A stretch of DNA of 64,000 nt from a virus (IMGVR_UViG_3300042558_002764:106906-170905), one strand, 5' to 3'. Positions 56,313 through 63,975 are shown, numbered from the stretch's first letter. Translations and numbers: made by a program. Notes: a model not told the origin generated them from the letters alone.

Positions 56313-56986
56313 TTAAAATAGAAAGTTTTACTAAAAAAAGTTTAATAGATTTATATAAAGAAAAAAATGTAGGTCTTGAGGGTAATATCACAAAATTAAT
56401 TGATTCTGAGGATGATGAAGAATTTAAAGATTATTTAAAAGATTGTGAATTAAGAGATACCGAAAAAAGGAAGAAGCGTCTTGATATGACAAAAAAAATA
56501 CAAAAACAAAATCAAGAACTATCTAATTTAAATAATGAAAACGAAAGAATTCTAGAAGAATTACAGGAAACTTTAAAAGACGTTGAGGATTCCAAGTTGA
56601 CGTATGAGGTTCAGAATAAGGAACTTAATGAGTGGAAAGAAGATAACCTTAGATTAACTGAAGAGTTAAAAAATGAAATGGCTAAATCTGAAAAGGCTAG
56701 AATAGATGCGGAAAAAGCTAAAGATATGGCCGAAAACGATTTAGATTTATTACAAAAAAGAACTCAAAATGAACTAATCTCCACCATTGTTAGAGTTGCT
56801 CTATGGATAATCATGGGTGTGGGTTTTGTAACAACTGGTGTTTATGTCTTCACATTATTAATGGGCAAAGACACTCAAGTTATTAGTGCTACTTGGTCTA
56901 ACATATTTGGTATTCTATTAACAAATGCATTTTCTATTGTAGGTACCATTATGGGTATAAAATACGCAACAGAAAAAAAAGAATAA
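56309..56986 (+). CDS. Coiled-coil protein with C-terminal transmembrane helices.
   Basis: Heptad-rich E/K/L segment, then two transmembrane helices (LWIIMGVGFVTTGVYVF and IFGILLTNAFSIVGTIMGI). Confidence 0.45.
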   Translation: MIKIESFTKKSLIDLYKEKNVGLEGNITKLIDSEDDEEFKDYLKDCELRDTEKRKKRLDMTKKIQKQNQELSNLNNENERILEELQETLKDVEDSKLTYEVQNKELNEWKEDNLRLTEELKNEMAKSEKARIDAEKAKDMAENDLDLLQKRTQNELISTIVRVALWIIMGVGFVTTGVYVFTLLMGKDTQVISATWSNIFGILLTNAFSIVGTIMGIKYATEKKE

Positions 56987-57015
56987 AAATAGTTTGACAA
57001 TTAATAAACTTTTAC

Positions 57016-57023
57016 TATATTTG
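57016..57023 (+). promoter_or_regulatory. -7 box TATATTTG.
   Basis: Upstream of the micro-ORF at 57066. Confidence 0.35.
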
Positions 57024-57065
57024 TACCATATTTAATTAATACGAACAAAAATTTTTATAAATTCA

Positions 57066-57167
57066 ATGAAAACAACAATGACATACAAACAAGGGACCGT
57101 TAAAACGGTTGATGGGAAAGTGGATTCACTTTTCTACGGACATGGGTTGTCATACTGGAGTTGTTGA
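57066..57167 (+). CDS. Micro-ORF (33 aa, MKTTMTYKQGTVKTVDGKVDSLFYGHGLSYWSC) between a promoter and a terminator, upstream of tRNA array 2.
   Basis: ATG to TGA in frame. Same architecture as the micro-ORF at 46875. Confidence 0.25.
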   Translation: MKTTMTYKQGTVKTVDGKVDSLFYGHGLSYWSC

Positions 57168-57191
57168 TTTGAATTTACTCTATATATAGAA

Positions 57192-57223
57192 TAACCCTGG
57201 GTCCAAAAGATTCAGGGTTTTTT
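57192..57223 (+). terminator. Rho-independent terminator.
   Basis: Stem AACCCTG/CAGGGTT plus a T5 run. Confidence 0.6.
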
Positions 57224-57250
57224 GTTCTTTGATATATCGGTTTAAAAAAA

Positions 57251-57340
57251 GGAAGGGTGGCAGAGTTGGTCTATTGCATCTGATTTGAAATCAGAAGTAC
57301 CTTTGAAAGGGTACCGTGGGTTCGAATCCTACCTCTTCCT
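57251..57340 (+). tRNA. tRNA-Ser (anticodon TGA), class II.
   Basis: Acceptor GGAAGGG/CTCTTCC with one G-U, anticodon arm TCTGA-TTTGAAA-TCAGA, variable arm GTACC..GGTAC, T-loop TTCGAAT. Confidence 0.65.
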
Positions 57341-57347
57341 CATAAAT

Positions 57348-57419
57348 GGTCCATTGGTGTAGTGGCCAACATACATCCCTGTCACGGATGTGCCGCGAGT
57401 TCGATTCTCGCATGGACCG
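57348..57419 (+). tRNA. tRNA-Asp (anticodon GTC).
   Basis: Acceptor GGTCCAT/ATGGACC, anticodon arm CATCC-CTGTCAC-GGATG, T-arm GCGAG-TTCGATT-CTCGC. Confidence 0.7.
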
Positions 57420-57460
57420 CAACTAACCATAAATCCTAGTAACCCCTAGGTTGGTTAAAC

Positions 57461-57533
57461 AGTTCCTTAGCTCAGCTGGGAGAGCAACTCGCTTACATCG
57501 AGAAGGTCACAGGTTCGAACCCTGTAGGAACTA
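57461..57533 (+). tRNA. tRNA-Val (anticodon TAC).
   Basis: Acceptor AGTTCCT/AGGAACT, anticodon loop CTTACAT, T-arm ACAGG-TTCGAAC-CCTGT. Confidence 0.65.
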
Positions 57534-57542
57534 CAATAAATT

Positions 57543-57617
57543 GCCTCATTAGCTCAGCTGGCTTAGAGCGTCTGATTTGTACTCAGAAGGCCGTGGGTTC
57601 GATTCCTACATGAGGCT
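57543..57617 (+). tRNA. tRNA-Thr (anticodon TGT).
   Basis: Acceptor GCCTCAT/ATGAGGC, anticodon arm TCTGA-TTTGTAC-TCAGA, T-loop TTCGATT. Confidence 0.7.
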
Positions 57618-57679
57618 CAATTAATAACAAACAAATAAAAACGTCAGATTATGGAAAGTGGCAAGTATGGCAAACACAA

Positions 57680-57751
57680 TCCCTCGTAGCAAACAAGTGT
57701 AGGCAACGGACTTTTAATCCGTGGGGCTGGGAGCGTTACCCGGCGGGGGAA
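57680..57751 (+). tRNA. Degenerate tRNA-Lys-like element (anticodon-arm TTT), a pseudo-tRNA candidate.
   Basis: Acceptor TCCCTCG/CGGGGGA, perfect anticodon-like arm ACGGA-CTTTTAA-TCCGT, and T-like hairpin CTGGG-AGCGTTA-CCCGG. No D-stem and a non-canonical T-loop. Confidence 0.2.
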
Positions 57752-57759
57752 CAAAACAC

Positions 57760-57829
57760 ACCGAGGCTTAGTGGTAAAGAACTATCTCTCATAAGGATGG
57801 TCAAGTGGGTTCAATTCCCATACTCGGTA
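57760..57829 (+). tRNA. tRNA-Met-like (anticodon CAT) with a short, irregular D-arm.
   Basis: Acceptor ACCGAGG/ACTCGGT with 6 of 7 pairs, anticodon arm TATCT-CTCATAA-GGATG, T-arm GTGGG-TTCAATT-CCCAT. Confidence 0.4.
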
Positions 57830-57837
57830 CATTATAT

Positions 57838-57908
57838 TGCGGCAAGGTGTAATTGGTTGCATGGGAGTCTCATAAACTTCAGGGGTGGTTCGAGTCCACA
57901 GCACGCTA
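57838..57908 (+). tRNA. Second CAT-anticodon tRNA-like element with a canonical D-arm and T-arm but an acceptor stem that does not pair.
   Basis: D-arm GTGT-AATTGGTT-GCAT, anticodon arm GGAGT-CTCATAA-ACTTC, T-loop TTCGAGT. 5' TGCGGCA and 3' GCACGCT are not complementary. Confidence 0.3.
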
Positions 57909-57913
57909 CTAAT

Positions 57914-57988
57914 GGGGATATAGTTTAATTGGCTAAAACATCTGATTTGCATTCAGAAGATGTCTCGGTTCGATTCCGAGTATCTCCA
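57914..57988 (+). tRNA. tRNA-Ala (anticodon TGC).
   Basis: Acceptor GGGGATA/TATCTCC, anticodon arm TCTGA-TTTGCAT-TCAGA, T-arm CTCGG-TTCGATT-CCGAG. Confidence 0.65.
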
Positions 57989-58185
57989 CAATAAAATAAC
58001 AAAAGAAAAAGAAAGAAATTAATGAAGATAGTGTTAACAGGTAAATTAGAATCACATAGAGAAATTTTTAGAGGAGAAAGAGAAAAAAATAAATTGATTA
58101 AAAGAATAAAAAAATTTATTTTTAAAAGAAAAAACGCTTAATAGAACAAAGTACAAGTTCAGGGTGGGGTGCGGTTCCCACAAAT

Positions 58186-58259
58186 GCGGGTGTAGCTCAA
58201 TTGACTAGAGTACTAGCCTTCCAAGCTGGGAGTTGCGGGTTTGAATCCCGCCACCCGCT
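58186..58259 (+). tRNA. tRNA-Gly (anticodon TCC), with a T-loop C56 to T variant and CCA encoded.
   Basis: Acceptor GCGGGTG/CACCCGC, anticodon loop CTTCCAA, T-arm GCGGG-TTTGAAT-CCCGC, then T and CCA. Confidence 0.6.
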
Positions 58260-58263
58260 CCAT

Positions 58264-58346
58264 ACGTCAGTGGCGGAATTGGTAGACGCGTTGGTTTTAG
58301 GAACCAATATCGTTAAGATGTGGGGGTTCGACTCCCCCCTGACGTA
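58264..58346 (+). tRNA. tRNA-Leu (anticodon TAG), class II.
   Basis: Acceptor ACGTCAG/CTGACGT, D-loop GAATTGGTAGA, anticodon arm TTGGT-TTTAGGA-ACCAA, long variable arm, T-arm GGGGG-TTCGACT-CCCCC. Confidence 0.7.
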
Positions 58347-58376
58347 CTTTTATTTTGCCAATTAAACAATAACCCT

Positions 58377-58384
58377 TATATTTG
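58377..58384 (+). promoter_or_regulatory. -7 box TATATTTG.
   Basis: 5 nt upstream of the ATG at 58390. Confidence 0.45.
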
Positions 58385-58389
58385 TAATT

Positions 58390-59085
58390 ATGAAAAAATT
58401 AACCTTTATTAGTGACACACACACCAAACACGAGAAACTTAACGGTTTTCTTCCTGGTGGTGATATGTTAATCTGTGCTGGTGATATCACTAGTAGAGGT
58501 TATAAAACTGAAATTGAAAATTTTCTTAAGTGGTTTGATAAAATTGATAACTATGACCACAAAATTTTCATAGCAGGTAATCACGACTTTGGTTTCCAAG
58601 ACCAACCTAATGAAACTAAAGGTTTGTTAACTGGTTATAAAACAGTTGAATATTTACAAGACGAACTTTTATTGGTTGGTGATGAGGATTATGACGATAT
58701 GGTTAAAGTTTGGGGTACTCCTTGGCAACCTGAATTTCATAATTGGGCATTTAACTTACCAAGAGGACAAGCTTTAAAAGAGAAGTGGGATATGATAACA
58801 GTTGGTACTGACATTCTTATCACTCACGGACCACCATTTGGCAAATTGGATTACGTAAAATACCCAAATCAAAATGTTGGTTGTGAAGAACTAATGAAAC
58901 GAGTTGAAGTAATCAAACCAAAAATTCACGTATTTGGACACATCCACGAAGGTTATGGTTATGTGTTTGATGGAAATACTCACTACATTAACGCAGCTGT
59001 GTTAAATGGACGATATGAGTTCCGCAATAAACCTGTGAATGTTTTATGGGATAAAAACACAAATCATTTGGAATTTGTTGATTAA
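58390..59085 (+). CDS. Calcineurin-like metallophosphoesterase.
   Basis: Motifs ISDTH, CAGDIT, AGNHDF, THGPP and GHIHEG. Confidence 0.65.
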   Translation: MKKLTFISDTHTKHEKLNGFLPGGDMLICAGDITSRGYKTEIENFLKWFDKIDNYDHKIFIAGNHDFGFQDQPNETKGLLTGYKTVEYLQDELLLVGDEDYDDMVKVWGTPWQPEFHNWAFNLPRGQALKEKWDMITVGTDILITHGPPFGKLDYVKYPNQNVGCEELMKRVEVIKPKIHVFGHIHEGYGYVFDGNTHYINAAVLNGRYEFRNKPVNVLWDKNTNHLEFVD

Positions 59086-59102
59086 TAGGTTATCTTTGTG
59101 GT

Positions 59103-59564
59103 ATGAATAAAGTAAAAATATATTTGGATGACATAAGAACTCCTAATGACAAAGATTGGTTGGTTGTTAGGAGTTTTTATGAATTTGTAGACTTAATAAA
59201 TAAAGTTGGTTTGAATAACATCGAATTAATTTCATTAGACCATGACTTGGGTGATACTGCTATGAATGAGTATTATAACAATGTTTCACCTAACTACAAA
59301 TTAGATTATGAGAACATAGAAGAAAAAACTGGTTACGACGCGGTTAAATGGTTAGTTAATTTGTTTTATTCTTTGAATGAACATAGAATCAACATGAGTA
59401 GGTCTGAGAAAAAAAGGGATAAAAATTTTTATTTCCCTAAAGTTGTGGTTCATTCAGCTAACCCAATAGGTTCAGCTAATATCATGGGTTATATCAATAA
59501 CTTTTTAATGAATGAAGGTAAATCACAAGATTGTATAAGAGTTAAAATTGAGTATTATGTATGA
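59103..59564 (+). CDS. Hypothetical protein.
   Basis: ORF. Confidence 0.45.
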   Translation: MNKVKIYLDDIRTPNDKDWLVVRSFYEFVDLINKVGLNNIELISLDHDLGDTAMNEYYNNVSPNYKLDYENIEEKTGYDAVKWLVNLFYSLNEHRINMSRSEKKRDKNFYFPKVVVHSANPIGSANIMGYINNFLMNEGKSQDCIRVKIEYYV

Positions 59565-59684
59565 TACTGAGGGACCAGAATTAACAAAACAACAAAAAAA
59601 AGATATTAAAAAAGTTGTTGACCGTTATCTTAGAATTAGATTCAAGAGAAGGGTTAGATTATTAATAGGATTAAAATTAAAATA

Positions 59685-60074
59685 ATGAAAGTTTCATTTG
59701 ATTTTGATGGTACGCTTTCTCTTAAGAGTGTCCAAGAATACGCCAAAGATTTGGTGAGTAGGGGTTTAGATGTCCACATTGTTACTAGTAGACATAGTGA
59801 TAAAGCAGCCAAAGAAGCTGGTTGGTGGTGGATATTGGACCAAAATAAAAATCTATTTAATGTTGCTCAAGAATGTGGTATTGATGAAAAAAATATTACC
59901 TTCACAAACGGAAGGGACAAGATAGAATATTTGAAAGGTAAAGACTTCAAATTTCATTTGGACGATGACGAAATTGAATTAATGTTAATTTTTGAATCTG
60001 ATGAAAAGTGTATGCCTTTGAACGTTGGTCATAGTGATTGGCGTGATAATTGTGAAACAGAAATTAAAAGTTAA
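59685..60074 (+). CDS. HAD-superfamily phosphatase-like small protein.
   Basis: Motif I FDFDGTL at the N-terminus. Confidence 0.45.
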   Translation: MKVSFDFDGTLSLKSVQEYAKDLVSRGLDVHIVTSRHSDKAAKEAGWWWILDQNKNLFNVAQECGIDEKNITFTNGRDKIEYLKGKDFKFHLDDDEIELMLIFESDEKCMPLNVGHSDWRDNCETEIKS

Positions 60075-60075
60075 T

Positions 60076-60651
60076 ATGAAAGTAATTTTTCTTGATAATG
60101 ATGGTGTAATCTGTTTGGCAGATAATTGGGGTAGTAGAATGAAAAAATTTAAAAAATATCATTCTAAAAATCCTGATGTTAAATTTGATGATAGACCAAT
60201 TGATTGTAGATTAGATAACTTTGATGTGAAAGCAATTAAAGTTTTAAATACCATCCTTGAACAAACAGGAGCTGAGATTGTGGTATCTTCTGATTGGAGA
60301 TACCAAGCTTCTCTTGAGGAACTTGGGGACTACTATCAAAGTCAAGGAATTATCAAAAGACCTATTGGGGTTACTGACATGTTTAAAGATATCTACCCAA
60401 GAGAATGGCAAAGATTGAGAAACTACGCCAAACTTGAGTATGAGAGACAAGCAGAAATCAAACATTGGTTATCGCAACATCCTGAAGTAACTCATTGGGT
60501 TGCAGTTGATGATTTAGATATGTCAGAAAAGTTTGGGTCAATCTCTGGTAATCCTAATAGTGGGTTAACTAACTTTGTCCTAACACCAAAATCAACACAG
60601 GGAATTAAACAATCAGGGATTAAAGAAAAAATCTTAAAATTTTTAATGTAA
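60076..60651 (+). CDS. HAD-superfamily hydrolase-like protein. Start moved to the ATG at 60076.
   Basis: IFLDNDGVI motif I follows directly after the Met. The track start at 60025 overlaps the upstream gene. Confidence 0.45.
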   Translation: MKVIFLDNDGVICLADNWGSRMKKFKKYHSKNPDVKFDDRPIDCRLDNFDVKAIKVLNTILEQTGAEIVVSSDWRYQASLEELGDYYQSQGIIKRPIGVTDMFKDIYPREWQRLRNYAKLEYERQAEIKHWLSQHPEVTHWVAVDDLDMSEKFGSISGNPNSGLTNFVLTPKSTQGIKQSGIKEKILKFLM

Positions 60652-60652
60652 T

Positions 60653-60940
60653 ATGGCTAGATTAAGTAGAGAAGAAAAAATGAACAAAGCTGTTGTCGAC
60701 ATTATTAATGAAATGTTTAAGATAGCAGGTCATGAGGTAACTTATGACGATATCAAGGACCGTAAGGATAATTGGTACGCCCAATGGACCATGACTGAAG
60801 CTCAATACGACGAATGGAAAAAATGGGGTAAAAAATATCTCCAAAAGAACCTTCGTATGTATGCAAAACAAGCAGAAAAAGAAATGTTATGGGTAGGTAT
60901 GATGTGGGGATTAAAATTTTCTGACCTACAACTTGGTTAA
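60653..60940 (+). CDS. Hypothetical protein.
   Basis: ORF. Confidence 0.4.
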   Translation: MARLSREEKMNKAVVDIINEMFKIAGHEVTYDDIKDRKDNWYAQWTMTEAQYDEWKKWGKKYLQKNLRMYAKQAEKEMLWVGMMWGLKFSDLQLG

Positions 60941-60993
60941 TTAGTGTTTTTATTTCTTTTATAGGATATTTATAATTAACAAATTAATTAGTT

Positions 60994-61614
60994 ATGAGTA
61001 GAAATATTAATAGAAGTACTTCAGCTATTGTTGATGAAATTCTTAGAAAGAGTAGAATTCGTGAACAAGAAGAGGAAGAAGAAAACAAAGATACTGAAGA
61101 AAAGAAAACTGAAACAAAAGGTGAACCTGAACTTTATAAATTAAGTAGTAAGGTTATAGAAATTCTTAATAATAGAATTAAAGATGAGTATACAGCTCAT
61201 TACTATTATAGAGCGGCTACTAACTGGTGTCAGGATATGAATTATAAGAAAGCTGCTGAGTTCTTTAAAAATGAGGCTGACGATGAGTTAGAACACGCTC
61301 AAAAACTACAAGAGTATATGACAGGTTTTAATATTTTACCTGAAATAGAAAAAACAGAAACAAAACACACTTTTGGTAATTTACTTGATGTTGTTTATGG
61401 AGCTTACACTATGGAGTTGGCTTTAATGAAAGATTATAATAAAGATTCTCAGGATGTTTTTTCTGATGATATCACAACATTTGATTTTTTAACTGAATTT
61501 AGAGAAATCCAAAAAGGAGCTGTAATTGAATACAATGATTTGATTAACGCATCCAATTTGATTGATAAAGGGGATAAATTCCAAATACTTTATTTTGAAC
61601 AAACTTATTTTTAA
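60994..61614 (+). CDS. Ferritin-like diiron protein.
   Basis: EYTAHYYYRAATNWCQ...AAEFFKNEADDELEHAQKL matches ferritin family helix A/B ligand spacing. Confidence 0.55.
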   Translation: MSRNINRSTSAIVDEILRKSRIREQEEEEENKDTEEKKTETKGEPELYKLSSKVIEILNNRIKDEYTAHYYYRAATNWCQDMNYKKAAEFFKNEADDELEHAQKLQEYMTGFNILPEIEKTETKHTFGNLLDVVYGAYTMELALMKDYNKDSQDVFSDDITTFDFLTEFREIQKGAVIEYNDLINASNLIDKGDKFQILYFEQTYF

Positions 61615-61632
61615 GTAATTGTATCATCGAAT

Positions 61633-61666
61633 AAGGACCCCTTTCAGAAATGTTAGGGGTTTTTTG
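61633..61666 (+). terminator. Rho-independent terminator.
   Basis: Stem ACCCCT/AGGGGT plus a T6 run. Confidence 0.65.
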
Positions 61667-61697
61667 TTTTTATATTGTTTAATTAAAAAAATAACTA

Positions 61698-61705
61698 TAT
61701 ATTTG
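61698..61705 (+). promoter_or_regulatory. -7 box TATATTTG.
   Basis: 4 nt upstream of the ATG at 61710. Confidence 0.45.
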
Positions 61706-61709
61706 TGTT

Positions 61710-61901
61710 ATGGAATATTTTAAATTGTTTTTAATGTGGTTAGCATTTATTGTTATCACAACTTATTACGGGGATTACCTTGTAAGTAGAGAAGTAAACG
61801 GGTTCATCCAACTTTTAGGTTTCGTTGGAATGGTTGCACTCGTAGGATTAGTAGGAAACGAAACCATCAAAGTTTTAAATAATAAAAAAGAAGAAAAATG
61901 A
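61710..61901 (+). CDS. Small membrane protein (NfeD-like partner of SPFH?).
   Basis: Two transmembrane helices. Immediately upstream of, and overlapping, the SPFH gene. Confidence 0.4.
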   Translation: MEYFKLFLMWLAFIVITTYYGDYLVSREVNGFIQLLGFVGMVALVGLVGNETIKVLNNKKEEK

Positions 61902-62848
61902 TTAGTACAGTAATTTTTGTAGTATGTTTAATTGCGGTTATCCTTACCGTTCTAAAAACAAGAGGTAGTATGTTTACGGTAACCCAAAACCATTACGGTC
62001 ATGATAGTAAACGATTCAACCCATCTTGGCTCATTAAACCGATTGGTATTTTTGTTGTAGGTATCGTTATTTCAATGACCCAACCGTTTGCGATTGAAAA
62101 AGTTGACGCAGGTCACAAAGGATTAAAGATTAATTTGGTCGGAGACCAACGAGGTGTATCAAGTTATCAGTATAAAACTGGTTGGGTACTTTATAACACT
62201 TGGACAGAACAAGTATTGGAGTTTCCAACATACCAACAACACATTGAGTATGAAGACCAAGGTGTAATCCTTAAAGGTGGATTCTCAGCAACCATTAAAC
62301 CAACATTTAACTATTCTCTACGTGAGGATGCTATTGGTGATATGTTTGTTAATTTAAGATTATCTATTAGTGAAATTGAAAAGGGTTGGTTGAAAAACGC
62401 TATTATTGGGGCAGTAAATGACGTAGCTAACACATGGGAGGTAGATAGTATTTTTAATCACCGACAAGCATTTGAATCAGCAATTGTTGCAGAATGTAAT
62501 GTTAGGTTATCTAAATGGTTTAACGTATCTCAGTTGAGAACTAATATCACACCACCTGAGGCATTACAAGAGTCAATTATCGCTAAAACAAAGGCTATCC
62601 AACAAGCTGAAGCCTCTGAACAACAAGCTATCGCAGCAATCTCTGAAGGAAGACGTAAAGTAGCCGTAGCAAGAGCGGATTCTGCTGAAACTATAATCAA
62701 CGCAAATGCGTCAGCACTTTCAATTAAGATTAAACAAACTCAATTAACACCTATGTATATTGAGTACTTAAAGGCGTCTGCTTGGGATGGAAAATTACCA
62801 ACAACGGTAGCAGGTGGTTCAGGATTGTTTTTAAACCTAAACAAATAA
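61898..62848 (+). CDS. SPFH/band-7 (stomatin/HflKC-like) membrane protein.
   Basis: N-terminal transmembrane segment, then an SPFH-like core, then a C-terminal AQ/EA-rich coiled coil (QQAEASEQQAIAAISEGRRKVAVARADSAE). Confidence 0.55.
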   Translation: MISTVIFVVCLIAVILTVLKTRGSMFTVTQNHYGHDSKRFNPSWLIKPIGIFVVGIVISMTQPFAIEKVDAGHKGLKINLVGDQRGVSSYQYKTGWVLYNTWTEQVLEFPTYQQHIEYEDQGVILKGGFSATIKPTFNYSLREDAIGDMFVNLRLSISEIEKGWLKNAIIGAVNDVANTWEVDSIFNHRQAFESAIVAECNVRLSKWFNVSQLRTNITPPEALQESIIAKTKAIQQAEASEQQAIAAISEGRRKVAVARADSAETIINANASALSIKIKQTQLTPMYIEYLKASAWDGKLPTTVAGGSGLFLNLNK

Positions 62849-63117
62849 TGAAGAATGGATTTATTGGGATGGTGACAGTACTTGTTACCATCCTATTTCT
62901 AACAGGATGTGGTTGTAGTGACGAAGAATATTACAAACAAAAGTTTAAATTCAAAAACGGTGATTTTGTAACACATAAGGTTAGTGGTAGTAAAATTTTA
63001 ATTATTGATACACTAAGATTTAATAATGATTGTGGGTGTGAAGTTGAGTTAGAATATCTTGGAGTAAACTCAAAAGAACTTAATGAACGTTATAAAGAAA
63101 TTGAATTAACTAAATAA
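62848..63117 (+). CDS. Lipoprotein. Start moved to the ATG at 62848.
   Basis: Signal peptide with lipobox LFLTGC. The start overlaps the SPFH gene stop. Confidence 0.5.
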   Translation: MKNGFIGMVTVLVTILFLTGCGCSDEEYYKQKFKFKNGDFVTHKVSGSKILIIDTLRFNNDCGCEVELEYLGVNSKELNERYKEIELTK

Positions 63118-63123
63118 ATTTAT

Positions 63124-63131
63124 TATATTTG
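63124..63131 (+). promoter_or_regulatory. -7 box TATATTTG.
   Basis: 4 nt upstream of the ATG at 63136. Confidence 0.45.
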
Positions 63132-63135
63132 TGTT

Positions 63136-63375
63136 ATGGAAAAAAGAAGCACACATTACGGAGACGTATCAAAATGGATTGAAAAGGTAATTGATTCTTG
63201 CGAGACATACCAACAGACATTTACTGTTAAAAAATTGATTAGTAATTTTGCAAAACAATTAAGAAATAGTGCCCCTGATAAATATTGGAACAGTTATCAA
63301 TACACAGTTATTTGGCCACTTGAACATAAATTAAAATATAAAAGACAATCATTCATAGATAAGATTGGGGAATAA
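63136..63375 (+). CDS. Hypothetical protein.
   Basis: ORF downstream of a -7 box. Confidence 0.4.
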   Translation: MEKRSTHYGDVSKWIEKVIDSCETYQQTFTVKKLISNFAKQLRNSAPDKYWNSYQYTVIWPLEHKLKYKRQSFIDKIGE

Positions 63376-63848
63376 TGGGGAATAATGAAATTGAACTAGA
63401 AAAAAATTATCTACCCGAATTTATTGACCAATTTGGTGATGGTCCTCTCGGTGAATTAGACCCTGAAGAATGGGGAGCATTAGAGTTTCTCAGATGGTTA
63501 GAAATTAATAATTATAAAATTATAAAAAAATAATAAATTTATGGAAAATATGAAAAGAGTTGATTGGTTTTTGTTAATAATATTTGTAGCAAACTTATGT
63601 GCTAGCATTCCATTAGGGTCTTTACCAAACATTCTTGGTTGGTCTTGTGCGGCAATGGTACAATTAAGAATTTGTTTAACCAAATAATATAAAAGGTAAT
63701 AATTGTTAATTACAAAATTTGACTTTTTAAGAAATACAACTATATTTATAATATAAAATGAAAAATACGAACATCATATCATTATTAGAAAGATTAGAGA
63801 GATTTAGTCTAATGGAGATGGTATGATTATTTTTTAAATAATATTTTA

Positions 63849-63883
63849 AAACCCGTCTCTTAAAACAGATGGGTTTTTTTTTT
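63849..63883 (+). terminator. Rho-independent terminator.
   Basis: Stem ACCCGTCT/AGATGGGT plus a T10 run. Confidence 0.65.
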
Positions 63884-63915
63884 GAAAAAGATTTGGTAGA
63901 TTAAAAAAGATTACT

Positions 63916-63923
63916 TACATTTG
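63916..63923 (+). promoter_or_regulatory. -7 box TACATTTG.
   Basis: TAnnTTTG match upstream of the hairpin/motif element at 63937-63998. Confidence 0.35.
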
Positions 63924-63975
63924 TAAGACAAACAACGGGGGTAGGAAGTTAGAGATGAGTGTCCTACTCCCGTGA

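Noticed and set aside
48730-57250. Integrative mobile element (integrase- or transposase-bearing) between tRNA arrays.
   Set aside because: No tyrosine or serine recombinase or transposase motifs in any frame. No direct-repeat att sites beyond the short GTTCTTTGAT motif. Composition matches the rest of the phage.
57640-57835. tmRNA hypothesis for the long tRNA-like region (5' GGGGCTG at about 57724, 3' T-arm/acceptor at about 57805-57829).
   Set aside because: The putative 5' and 3' acceptor strands are not complementary. No tag-peptide reading frame ending in AA-stop was found. Better explained as separate degenerate tRNA-like elements.
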